From Iphione sp. A-MEVVRFRX5 (taxonomy: Eukaryota): 64,000 bases of DNA. Shown one piece after another: positions 13,959 through 26,400 of the stretch. Position 1 is the stretch's first letter. Each line of letters starts with the position of its first letter. The translations under genes were made by a program, and so were the position numbers. The notes under the pieces are model-generated. The model did no database searches, was not told where the DNA came from, and saw only the letters and a list, made by a program, of their open reading frames with translations. The DNA lies in NCBI GenBank assembly GCA_976226885.1, contig OZ320316.1:39680001-39744000 (forward strand), written 5' to 3'.

Positions 13959-16900
13959 GGCGCCCATCCTCACCCCTCTGGCCTGCGGCGGTTGTGTTCT
14001 GTCCCGGCCCTTTCTTGGTCCCCACCTGAGCCCAACCCAACCGTGACGGAAGGTGTCCCTGCCGAGGACAGGCTGAACTGACACAGAAGCCCTTTATTCA
14101 TGCCCTTTGAAAACCACATGTTTTTCCTGTCTAACTCACTCTCAATATTGTCACCAACTACCGAGGACAGAAAAACCGTTTACATGATGTTCATTTTGAG
14201 GCACCGTTTTTTTTTCGCACACATCCCACGTCTTCCTTTTCAACTCAACCCCCACAGGCTGCGTAGTGTATCAAAACATAGTAGCTTCAAATTCTATCAC
14301 ATATCTCGTTGAAAGGCCACACACTACACCTTTTTTCTACGGCAAACTGAATGATCGATTCGCATTAGCATACAAATAGAGCACATCTATTTATGGAGTC
14401 TTCTCGCACAACTTAAAAAAAAAGGTTGAGGCGACCACTCGAGTCTCCTAGCTTCCTCATGAGTCAAGGAGGGAGAGGAAAGGGGGTGGCCACTAGTCTT
14501 TACCGGCATGAAGGGTGACTCAATTTACCACAGGTATTCTTGACAAGATATCACCCTTTCCTCTCACCTGTGATTAAGTAACACACCTGTGCGATGCTGG
14601 CCACGCACAAGTATGAGTGGCATGTGTGTCCAGTCGCCACGCTGACCACATGTTGCCAGCGCAACAACTGAGCACCCTGTGTCCTCAGTGGGAACCTGAA
14701 CCCGCTGCTCTTTGTCTTCTTCCAGTTCATCCATTGAGGCCATAAATGGGTGGATGATGTTCTAAGAAACAGCCAATTTCTCCCTAGGCTCGGGATTCAT
14801 GAACCTGTGAACTGTTCGCCTGACTGACCATCCTAGCCCATGGTCAGTGTTAAGAGGGTGTCTGCGGTTAAGGCTTTGTCCGCCTCACTGGCGCCTTTCC
14901 TTGGATATAAGGATGACCTCAGACGTCTTGACCCTGAAGTCAGCCCGCTATTGTCCAGTGGTGCGGATCTAACGCCTTTCAGTCCTTCACCTACTTACTA
15001 ACCTATACCTGCGAGCGACAGTCTGACCTGCTGGTTGGATCCTTTATTGGCCTGTGCGATTATTGTGTACGTTTTAACTTCGCGTTCACTGCTGAGACGG
15101 AGTGGCCACTTAGGAGTGACTCATCTCCAAATAATACAACGTCAGCAAGAGCTACTTCTACACCGGTGTCATCGTCACCAACACGTAGTTTTTAGCGAAA
15201 AGGTTACCTGATGTCTTGGATGATCGAAATGTCTGAAAGGCTAGCTATCTAATTTCCTGTTTTTTTCATTAGCCGTGTAAATCAAACTTAACGTCAACTA
15301 GGACTGGTGTCCAACGTAAACAGCTCTAGATAACATTGATTATAAGCCACTGAGTAATAGCCTTCGCCGAAAAGGTCACAATAATGAGATGGTTTTGCAA
15401 CGGCTGGTAGTGATGTAGGCTAATGGGCTGCGAGCCTCTACGGGCTAGTTTCTCGACATTACAGCCGTCACCCACGGGCCTCAGGTAATACCTAGACACC
15501 TGTGAAGGATCGTGCCCACCTGGTGAGTCCCGGGAAGCGACCACATCTGGCCAGCCCAACTTTACCCTTTCATCCATCTTACCTGTCCTGGTACAGAAGT
15601 AATAACGGGCTTCCGCCGCTGTAACCGGGGCAAAATGGACACTGCCTTTCAAAATCTCTATTGTGAAAATGTCAGACAGCCCCCCCCCCCTCCCACCAGT
15701 GATTTCTACCGCTACATTTTTCTGGCTTAAACATGCTATTCACATACACATCTAGGCTCGTATACGGTGTATCCATGTACTATGTTAAACATACACGTGT
15801 GCACACACATATACACACCCACACGTGCGCCCGTATACATACGAAACGACCATTGGGGAGCCCGAGGAGGCTGACAGGGAGGCCGTCCAATAATGGCGGA
15901 CTTTTCTGGTCAGAATCATGTTAGGGTTAGTTGTTACCACCCTCATCTGTCTGCTCCTTTACTGAGCTTGACATTTGCGTAGGTCACGTCAGGGGCGGTC
16001 GGAGGGATGGGCCCCTAAAAATATACAGTATTTGTCCCATGTCTCCTTGCACCAAGGGCTCCTGCGCAACGGACATGGAGAACGTCTCTATTACAGAGTG
16101 ATAAATAAGGTCCATACACATTCTCCCATTACCACATAAAACTATGACAAGTCCGCGTGTAATCGTGACTCACGCCGTCCGTTAAATGCCGCTATGGGGG
16201 GGGCGAGAGATGGCGTAAAATACCAAGCGACCATGTATAAAAAGCAGCAGAGAGGATGTGGTATACTGACCACTGATGGCGTAGCGTTGAACAATCATAG
16301 AGGAAAATAGGGAGGGAGTAAGTAGGTTTTGGAGGGAAAGGGTCGACTTGTGTATCCTGTTTCTGGAGCGATCTCGTCATTTTTCCGCCAGGCTAGTTGG
16401 GCCGTGATGGCTTTGGCCCTGCTTGAGGAGTGGCCGACGCCCCGGGCACGGCCACTGTTAGTCCTGGCCTCTTGCTGGGCCAAGAAGAGTGGACTGCGGC
16501 TTTTGGCCTGCTGACAGCAATTACAGTCGCCTCACAACACCCCGGTCATTCCAGCCTTGGACAATGTCCATCGGCGCCTGAGGATCCAGAACAATTCGGC
16601 CTCTCGATCCCACAGACTCACCTCATAACCACGTTCCCCCAGTTCACATGTTAGCAAGTGTATATGTCAACGGGGCTACCACTGTAAACGACCTACGTTG
16701 TCCTCGATGATCTAACAGCCAAGGATTCTTGTTAATTAACATTTTTGCCCCCGTCTGCTTGCCTGTCCTTTTCACTCATTACATTAGAAACACGACCTGA
16801 AAGACCGACCATGTGTCCTTTCAACAGTCTTCGGTTCAAGTTCGGTTATGCGTCTTTTTCACCACACAAGCCACTCGTCATAAACACAGTCATATATCAG

Positions 16901-19384
16901 GTCAAAGAATCTAAATATCTTTAGCCACGAGTTCGAAATTCCCTTTCCAGGGAAATAAAAATCACTTGAATGAAGACTCGTCTTATGAAAACACGCTTCC
17001 CCCTTCGTACTAAATAAGAGTTTCTCCAGTATGAAAATTTGTCTGTATGATATATATTCTGGTATGTGGTACAGGAAATGTGCCAAAAGGAACTGGTCAG
17101 GTCAGTAGACGATTTGGCCACTCTCGGTGGCAGTCTTCCGCTGGCTTGGTCATTGCTTGAACTGAAAGGAACCAATGGCGGCAAATTGTAAGTATATAAG
17201 AGTGTGTAGGGTTCTTTCTGAGTATGTATGTGTGAAAGATACTGCCAGTCCGTGTAGGATCCACTGGTCACGCATCCCTCTCGTCTTGGCCACTTGCCAC
17301 CCCTCTTGCGTCGGTCAACGTGTCTTTTTACCTGTGCCCACAAACCTATGTCGACCTGCGCATCACCCAGCCGTCAACAAAGCACACACACACCTGTGGG
17401 CACATCTCTGTATCTATGGGGGTATATCACCAGTGCAATTTTACCTGCACAAAGAAAAAAAACCCTCTTGTCCACAACTGCAGACCCATGATGATAACGT
17501 GTTGTTGCGGAAGGACCTTATGCTGAAGCCCTACACCTCCCTTCCCGTGAATACACATAAACAGATATACATTGTATCTGCATATTTCTATGGCGGCAAC
17601 GTTCACTCTTCGTAGTTACCTGCATCGACGTCAGACCACCAAGAAACTTTTCAGGTATTTGATAAAGGTTTAACATACGTTTTCACATGGACAACAGGTA
17701 ATTGTCTTTTTCACAATGTAGAACTCGGCCAATTCACGTAATGCTGTACGAATTTAATAGTTAATATAATTTATCAAATTTAATTATGACAGGCCGTGGT
17801 TCAACTTTTCCTATAGATAACCAATTATAGTTAAATATACAGAAATGCTTTGGCACAGAAGTGAACTTAATTTTACTCTCCTCAGTATGGGGAAAAAAGC
17901 TAACTCTGAAATATGTTGCCAGGAAGCATAGTTTCGGTGAAGGTATAATGGGTTTCTTCACTAATGTCTTCTTGTGCTTCTAACTGCCAGTCTTGGCAGC
18001 CACCAATGACATCTATAGTCGTTTACCCAGTTGGCCGTTGTCCATTGACAATTGCAAGGGTTATGGTCAGACCCTTAGCTGCACAATGCCCAATGGCCAG
18101 TAAACTTGGCAAGCAAGGAAGCTGTTCTAGGGGCATGGCGACCATTTTCTACATTTTCTTAACAAGAGATCCAGCCAAGAAGACAATTGTCTCAATATGC
18201 TTCGTAATAAATAGTAATTATGCTTCGACGGCGAAGGTGTATACGTATATATTTGAGATTCCCGGTTATACGCTCGGCTATTATGAACTCGTTAGATATT
18301 GGAGAAAATCCATTTCCGGCATAATGTTTTACTGCGTCATTTTACACGACATCCACATATTTCTATCCCAGTCTGTGTACATGCACTGATCTAAAACAGG
18401 TGAGGGACATGTGATAACTATCACAGGAAGAAGCAAAGCACAGGAAAGAACGAATTTCGTAGAAGGACGACACTTGTGCGGTTTTAACAAAATGTCATGG
18501 ATATTTCATTCCAATTTATTGTAAAGAGCAGATGTTACCGAGGGGAGATGACTGCAGGCAGGATTCCAGGGACTCCACGCAGGCCAAGGTCAGTCCGACC
18601 TCACCTGCACGCCTGCCGAAGTGTCAGGTGTCACAGTCACCCCAGAGATCCAACTACACAGGTCAGCGCTGTCACTGTCACCTGACCTGGCTCACCTGGT
18701 GCTGCTCTCGACGCTCCTCCTGCTCCTGCCCTTCTAGTGATCGCTTTCTCCAGGTATTGAGAAAAAGATACGAAGAAGGGGAGGGTGGATAATGAGGACA
18801 CCTATCTACATGCACTATTCTATGATGAATCTGGGAAATACAAATATCGATATACTTCGTAAAATGAAGCTCTGTATGATGCAACTGTGGAAGTGGTGTT
18901 TTCAAAAGGGTTTTGAAGACAAAGGTGGAGAATGTTCATGGTCAGGTGACATGATATTGTTATTGAAGCTTAACAAAATTGTCTATTGTGATGTCATAAA
19001 AATCGAATGTGTGACTTTCAGGTGACATGCTATTCCTTTTAACAATAGTTGCCAAAACCATTCGCGGTTTCGACTTAGCATCTCTTCAAGCATCGTATTC
19101 ATTTAAAAAAACAGTACTACCCTAAGTGAGTTGGGTAGTACTGGGGTAAAGGTGAGGTCGGGGTGACCAAGGTCTTCACTGCCTACATTTTAAGGCCCCA
19201 GTTATTCCCCTTGAGATAGGAGATCCCTTTCATCCATGAGATAGGAGATAGGAGATCACTTTCCTCCATGGAGTGGCAAATGTAAAAAAAAACTTCAAGA
19301 AATGAAGTATGATCAAAGTCTCCGAATTATATATTACACATTAGGTCCAACACCAGAAAAAAAGACATAGATATGCGACCAAAG

Positions 19385-20060
19385 CAGACATCTATGCAGA
19401 TGATCTGTCAGTCTTAGTGCAGGCAAGTGACCTGCTAAGACTCAGGGCCCTCATAATTTAGATATCTCCATTGCTCTTGAAAAGATCAGGATGGAAATGG
19501 TTTCTAAATTCCTAGATTACAAATTAAATAATCAGGTAAAGTGGACCCTAATGGTCCAGGAGGTGAGAAAAAAAGATTCAAATATGTAGCTCATAGGTTA
19601 ACATTCTATCTTCCATTAGAAGATAAAACCTGTATGTACTAAGCCTTTATTATGCCCCTAATAGATTATGTCCTTCCATATGTGACTGAACATAAGACAA
19701 TAATTCACAGCTTGCAATAGGTTTCTGAAATACCTCTTAGTTGGGGCAAAAGCAATAAGACGTGCAACCTATCTTAGTCGGAAATCAGGTGTTTAACCGC
19801 TAGATGGAAGGAAGGGTGCAAATTTACTCATCTGTATTATACATTGTCTTTCCGATGGGTGTCTGTAAAGAAAGAATTCATAAACGAAGTACTAGGCTAA
19901 GTGGTGTAGTAACAATAGGTCAAAAAGACCTACATTGTCAACGTTCAAGAGGAGTTGTGGGCACTATGGCATTTCTGGCTGGAACTGTCTGCCTAAAGAG
20001 TTAAGGCTACTGCCAGATGTAAAAGTTTTAAAGGCAAGGTACAACAAACTAATGAAATAA
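19385..20060 (+). mobile_element. Decayed 3' fragment of a non-LTR retrotransposon (L2/CR1-group reverse transcriptase C-terminus)
   Basis: In-order RT landmarks broken by stops and frameshifts: DIYADDLSVLV (YADD at 19393-19404), FLDYKLNNQVKWTLMVQEVRKK, RLTFYLP..MY*AFIMPLIDYV (19643-19672), and FKRSCGHYGISGWNCLPKELRLLPDVKVLKARYNKLMK* (WNCLP from 19980, stop 20058-20060). These match the typical L2/CR1-group patterns PxLDY and WNxLPxELR. Confidence 0.82.
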
Positions 20061-21289
20061 TGCCATAAAGTATGGTAAGCTAAGATGGACTAATACAAAC
20101 TCAAAATCCAATTATATTGACTGGGGAACTATTAACTGTCATGTGGCCTTTTTCAGTAGGTTGACTTTAATTCAATTGTTATTCCACTCTGTCTTGTGCA
20201 CATGGAAAGTTTACAAATGGGGCCCGTCGTGGAGACCATCATAGGATGCTTATATCAGATATCGTAACCACTGTTTTCACAAAAAAAATCCATCCAGTGT
20301 CAATTGAGTTACCATGTAGTCCTCGGCAGATAATTATATAGCCTTGAGATATCAGATCATATACTCTTTACACCCTTGTTCAATCTAATTGTACCTGTTA
20401 GCGATGGAAAGCTCAGATTTGTATTTGAGATGATTAAGAAACTTATCATTCATTTATATGCAGACAGAGAGAGGCTAACCGACAGATATAAGGACTGACG
20501 GACTGACATAGTGCAGAGATAGGAGCATTTCCAAAGAACAGGATGGAGAGAAGCAGTCGACAGAGAGAGTGAAAGGTTGAGAGACGTCAGCTTATTCTGG
20601 AAGTAGGTGAGTGACATGCACTTGATGCACGTGCAAGAACAATACAAATAGATATACACGCGTGTTGTACTGTCTCAGTGACACGTATAGGGAGTCACTC
20701 TCCCTCTTTCTCTTCCATGTGAAGAGGGAAAAAGCAGGGCTCCAAGAATAACAACCAATGAGGCCAAGCTTATTCCTAATCGATATCGATATGTAGAACG
20801 AAGAGCTAACATTGACTATGTGACTCAGTATGGGACCACTGACCACGAAAGCACTGTTAACAGAATATCCATCAGGGTCTTCTCTCCATTCCATCTTAGA
20901 AATACTTCCAATGTTGAAGAATTATTCCCTTTGCGCAGGGGGATTCGCGGCAAGTGGGTGCCATTAAAGCAGCCTGTAGACCCAAACCTCTCTTGGAAAA
21001 GAACTACAATAAAGTGATCTAGGCATCCCCCTTCCCACCATCCCTACAGGGGCGAGAGGGACTATAGCCACAGCATGGAGTGAGTAAAATGTGCCCATAT
21101 CGTCTTCATTGACAACGTCCTACCAATCTGCTTCGTTCATCTATGCGCTACGGCCGAACAAAAGGCGCACATTTCTAAACACTGTTGCCTGGCATGCTGA
21201 TATAAAGTCATTTAATAGTCCTTGCTGGACGATACATGCATGGCCTACATCATTTTTTGTCATTATTTCTATATGCAGGCTTTTCAACA

Positions 21290-21452
21290 NNNNNNNNNNN
21301 NNNNNNNNNNNNNNNNNNNNNNNNNNNNNNNNNNNNNNNNNNNNNNNNNNNNNNNNNNNNNNNNNNNNNNNNNNNNNNNNNNNNNNNNNNNNNNNNNNNN
21401 NNNNNNNNNNNNNNNNNNNNNNNNNNNNNNNNNNNNNNNNNNNNNNNNNNNN
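21290..21452. other. Assembly gap (N run)
   Basis: 163 N. Confidence 0.99.
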
Positions 21453-24400
21453 TTGGGAGCTGGGTCAAGTCTGGCCGGCCCATCCTTCCCTCCCCTTGCC
21501 CACCTATCTTCCACCCACCCTCCGTGCCTTTACTCGTCCTTCTTGCTCAGACACTGCTTATTTGTCCCGGTCAAACAGTGCATGGCTTATTATCTTTGAT
21601 AAACACTCAAATTTAAACTGCGGCCATTGCCTCTGGCAGGCCGTCCGTGGTGTAGAAGGTGCTGGACGAGAACACTGGTTGCTGGCCGAAGGCGGGCAGA
21701 GGACAGCACCTGAACACCCCTGCTCACCTGAACACGACGGTAGTCACCGGCATTTTTGCGGTATGGATAATTATTCGCCTGTTTTGATTATACACCCTGA
21801 GTAGTTCAGATGACTGTTTGGCCGCTCAATTGTGACCGATGTTTCTTCATGTCAGCGGAGGCCTCTTAAGTCCATCCTATGTATCTGACGGTGGTTTTGG
21901 ATTCAGTCGAAATGAAGCTCAAAAGGTATGGATAAAAGGCAAAAATATTTTTAAAAAAAAATATGCCAATGAAAAGGTTTCAGCGGTTTTGAATGGTGTC
22001 GGTGGTCGCTGCGTTGTTGGCATGTCCATGGCTGACACCTTTGCCAAAGGAACAGGTCATCTCACCCCAGTGGTCATGTGCTCAGTGGGGCGTGCAATAT
22101 GGATGGATAGACCATACCTGGCCGGGCAGCACACCTGATCCCCGCCTTCCTGGCTACCTACCGACCTACCTTCCTACACATCTACCTGCCCAACCGACCG
22201 ACCCACCGAAAGACAGACAAGCACGACCGATGTGGCGGACTCCCGGGGTACTAGTGGGGAGGGGGCATAAGGTATAGGGTCGGCCGCCGTCAGAGCCCAC
22301 TCAGACCACAAACCATTTGGATGGGGGATGGAAGTTTTATCGCCAAACATTGACAGTACACGCACGCCATGTTGACGACGTTTATATCTAAATGAGGTTG
22401 TGGTGCAATTTCTCAACAAATAAAATAAATGTACTCCAAAAATTTTCTGATGACACCATCTCACCTACAGAGAAATATCAACCTGTTTAGTTTTGATAAT
22501 GCCTGTGCATATACGTGTACATGTATATACTATGTATGTATGGGTGTGGGTGCCAGTTAAAACCTGTTTCCATGATCCAACCAAATACCAACCCAACTTT
22601 TCTTCATGGGGACGGTCAAAAGTCTGACCTGGACATAAGGTCAGCTGTACAACGTGTTCGTGTATATATACACATGATGGTCGACCCCTATGGACATGTA
22701 CGGTACACAGCTGACTGTCGCTCTATTGACCATGATAGACCGCCTGCCAATGTCATGAGGTTCATTTTTCTTGTCATATCAACAGGGTGTGTGAGTTAGT
22801 TTGTCCCCACACCCTCTCCCCCGCCTCTCCGGTACTCTCTCTCACTGAGGTCACCTGGTATACAACTGACCATAATGTGAGGGAAATTGGGTCTGGTCAC
22901 CCGGCTAGACGTGGCCTTTGGCTGGGTCCGTTTGAACTGAATAGATATGTAATCGAGGGGAGGGGGGAGGGGGATTTGCTTGCTTCAGACGGAGCGGTCA
23001 CAAGGAAGGAGTACTTCAGACGAGCGTTTATGAGAATATTCAGAAATAACACACCCGCGAGTTATTATCAGGTCAAGCGATATGATATTTGGTCAGTGTG
23101 TTTGTTCACATGAAGGGAAGCCAGCACCGGGCCCAGTCTAGCTGACCCTATACAAACACCGAGATCTAACACAAAAACCAGGCTAGACCCACCGGCCACA
23201 GGACCCCAACAGCAAGCCAATGGGGCTACCGGTCTACCAAGATAACACAGAGAAGGCGGGAGAAAAGGAAGTACTCTTGAACCTTGAAGAGCACTTGTAG
23301 CCATGCGGACATTAAGCTGCCTAGAATCGAGACGGCTGATCGAGAAGGTTTCACTTTAAGCTGAAGGTGGCGTAGCATAACGGGTGTTTGTTTTTTCAGA
23401 GGCTTTGGAGGTCAAGCACTGGAAGAGTACTTGGTGAAGTTGATGCAACTCCGGGGCCGCTTACCCAACTGTGGTCAGTTATAGCTCAGTAGAAAGCCTT
23501 GGGGGCATACACCTGGTAGGAGGAGGAGGAGGAGGAGGGGGGGAAATGACAGGAGGGAAGACAACATGTGGTTCAGTACCTAGGTGGCCGGAATGACATT
23601 TGCTCAGGGTGGTAAAATAGACCCAGGTAGAAAGGTTGAGGGTCGCGTTGACCGTTCTCTGTGTCTACACAAGAGGTCAATGTTCTCCTGGTGAATGCAC
23701 TCGTTACACATGTGGGTAAATTCTAATTGAAATAACTAACTGTACTATGTAAAGAAATCCTCGTGAATGATATGAATGTGCACATGCGCTAATTTGCAAG
23801 TGCTCAGGTAGATGATGTTTTGCTCCTAACACAAACATTGTTTTTCATTGTCATTATTAACTAACTTTTTGACGATTTACATGTATAGGTAATCGAACAT
23901 ACAACCATCTGAACAGCTTAAATTTCATTTAAATTTCAGGTAGACGATACGAACAACTACTACACAATAACCATATAGAATCATGCCTTAACCAGAACCA
24001 AAGCGCGGAAGAGGTTGGTGATCTGCTCGCCAATTGCTCGTCCCCACGGAAAGTGACACGCCACCGAAGCCTCTTTGATGTGGATCTTCAGCTGCACGCC
24101 GGAGCCAGCGAGAACCCAGCTCCGTGAGAGCACCTGTTAGTCGGCATGGAGGGATAGTGGGGAGAAAGGAGAGACTGCAGGGGGGAGGGTAGAGATAGGT
24201 GCGTAACACAGGCCAAGCACCTGGACGCATTTAGCCCTGACCGCGAAAACAAACACACACCTGAATACACACTACAATTCACAAACACGCAATGATGTAC
24301 AATGAGTGAAATAAATCTATGTATTCAGAGAAAATGTGTACGAATAAGGTCCTTGGAAGGATAATTCATTTCCCCTTTCTACTTAGTGATAAAAACAATA

Positions 24401-25124
24401 AACTCTCCTTGTTAAGCAATAAAATATCGTTTACCCAATTAGTCCAATTACATTACTGGGTTTGATCAGTGCCGACAGCAGTACAGCAAGAATAATGACA
24501 GAAATAAGCAAAACGATATGGTCTTACATCTGTTCCTGCGGTCAATGTGTACTCGATCGAGAGCGATACTCTCCGGCATAATTTGTCAGTAGACGTCTGT
24601 ATGCCGCTCCTGAAGTTCGCCAAGAGTTGCTCTCAACATTCAAAAAGAACTTTCTGCCCAGTCGCAAGTTGCTGTAGCGAGCAACCTGCCTCCGGTGTCG
24701 TGGTTGGAAGTCATGTGGTGTAGATCTCTCCACACCTGACCCCCAAACACAATGCCACTGGAGCAACTCACGCCACTAGACACAACAAAAATAGCCACTA
24801 TTGACTCTGGAGCTACCCGAGGCATCGTCCCTGTTGAAGCTACCGCTTGAGGACAGATAGAAAGTTTAAGAAAGATCAGCAGCGAGGGAGCAAGATAAAG
24901 ACAAATCGAGAGACAAGAACAGAACAGAGAACGAGACAGGTAGACAGACAGAGAGACGGGGACAAACAGGGAAACTTAGACGATGACAAGAAGAAATGGA
25001 AGGAAAGGCAGAGAGATGAAGCACTTGGTGGGAGGAAAGAACAAGTAGTGAAAACAAACCAACCAAGTTAATAGTGAGAAAAACCTGTACTTGGCACCTC
25101 AATTCATTAAATGCCCTGCTATAA

Positions 25125-25431
25125 GGCACTGTTCACATGCATCCTGACAAAAATTATATCCCTGCATGCGGGTCCGGGATTTACTCCCTGCTGAGGTCGT
25201 TGTTAATGACTCACAGATCGTTACCAGATGTATTTTACTATTGGCTCCTATGGAATCCGCATCCGGGTGTGGACAAAACCCATCCCAGATGGTTTGACAT
25301 CCGGACTCATGTGTGGGCGCAGATATTAAGGGTGTATGTGAATGACTACAATGGTGAAGCAGGGCTCGGAGAAAATCTGTCCACGTGTGTGGATATGGAA
25401 TGGAAAAATCAGGATGTATGTGAACACGGCC
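25125..25431. mobile_element. PIF/Harbinger-type MITE, 307 bp, non-autonomous
   Basis: Imperfect terminal inverted repeats GGCACTGTTCACATGCATCCTGA (from 25125) and TCAGGATGTATGTGAACACGGCC (to 25431), 20/23 matching. TAA flanks both sides (25122-25124 and 25432-25434). A 3-bp TAA/TTA duplication and GGC-starting TIRs are typical of PIF/Harbinger. No transposase coding. Confidence 0.85.
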
Positions 25432-26107
25432 TAAACTATCACAGGCATGTGTATATGTTGGGCTCTGGACTCCCCAAGAAATAACTGCAAACATGTATTG
25501 GAAACGAGATGCAACAATCTTTTATTCTAAACAGCCTTACTGTGCTCAATAAACACCTGTGTCTACTTTACAAAGCATATTTCATTGTAGAAGATTTATG
25601 TAATAGGCTTTCGTCTATTTCACATGTATTATTTTGTGTAGAAAGTTTATAAATGACCATGGATTATGTTATCTTCTTGTAAGGTTCTATACTGATTACC
25701 AAACATGTATAATTATGCCACCTCATGCACCATATCTATGGCTAAATGGCAATGTTAGAATTCGGAAAATATGTATGAATCTATAATCAACCATGTATTA
25801 CACCATTTTAACCACATGTCAAGTATAATATGATAGGTACCATGCCTATAGCTATGTAGCAAAGTTGGAGTGTTAAACATATAACATGTAGATGTTTTGA
25901 AAATATAATGTGTAGTATTATACTTACCCCTGCTCTGGCTGAAGTATTGAAAACACAATATCTATAATCTTATCTTTGTTCAGGAAAGGAAGAACCTGGG
26001 GTATACACAGCTCCAGATCAGCATCTCTGAGTGTTAGGAGTGTTATGAGTAATGAGAGGTACCCAGTGTAAATGAGAGGCACCCTGTAAGAGGTAAGGAG
26101 GATTGGA

Positions 26108-26400
26108 GTTACCATGGCAATTAGGCACTGCAGCAGGATTCCTGGCTCTACCACTGCATTGTCACTATGGCAACTAGGGGACTGCAGCACGACCTCTGGC
26201 TACACCACCCCTGTTAGGAAGTACAATACCTTATGGAGAACTGTGGTAGGGCTCCTCAGCCAAAATCACCATGGCAATGTAGGGCTATGCCACTTTCCAG
26301 AAGGTAGGGGAGGATGAGGTCCTCAGGGCAAGTGGAGACTGCAGCAAGATTTTTATAGGCCATCACCTCATTAGGAGGTGCAATGCCTTATGAGGAGAGC
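26108..26400 (+). repeat. Diverged tandem repeat with RFX X-box-like motifs
   Basis: ACTGCAGCA at 26127, 26181 and 26338; C(C/T)ATGGCAA three times; TTAGGA(A/G)GT(A/G)CAAT(A/G)CCTTATG at 26214-26235 and 26371-26392 (19/22 identical). Confidence 0.7.

Noticed and set aside
21091-21804. Long ORFs spanning N gaps (also near 39.1-39.6 kb and 51.6-52.0 kb)
   Set aside because: Artefacts of translating through unknown bases.
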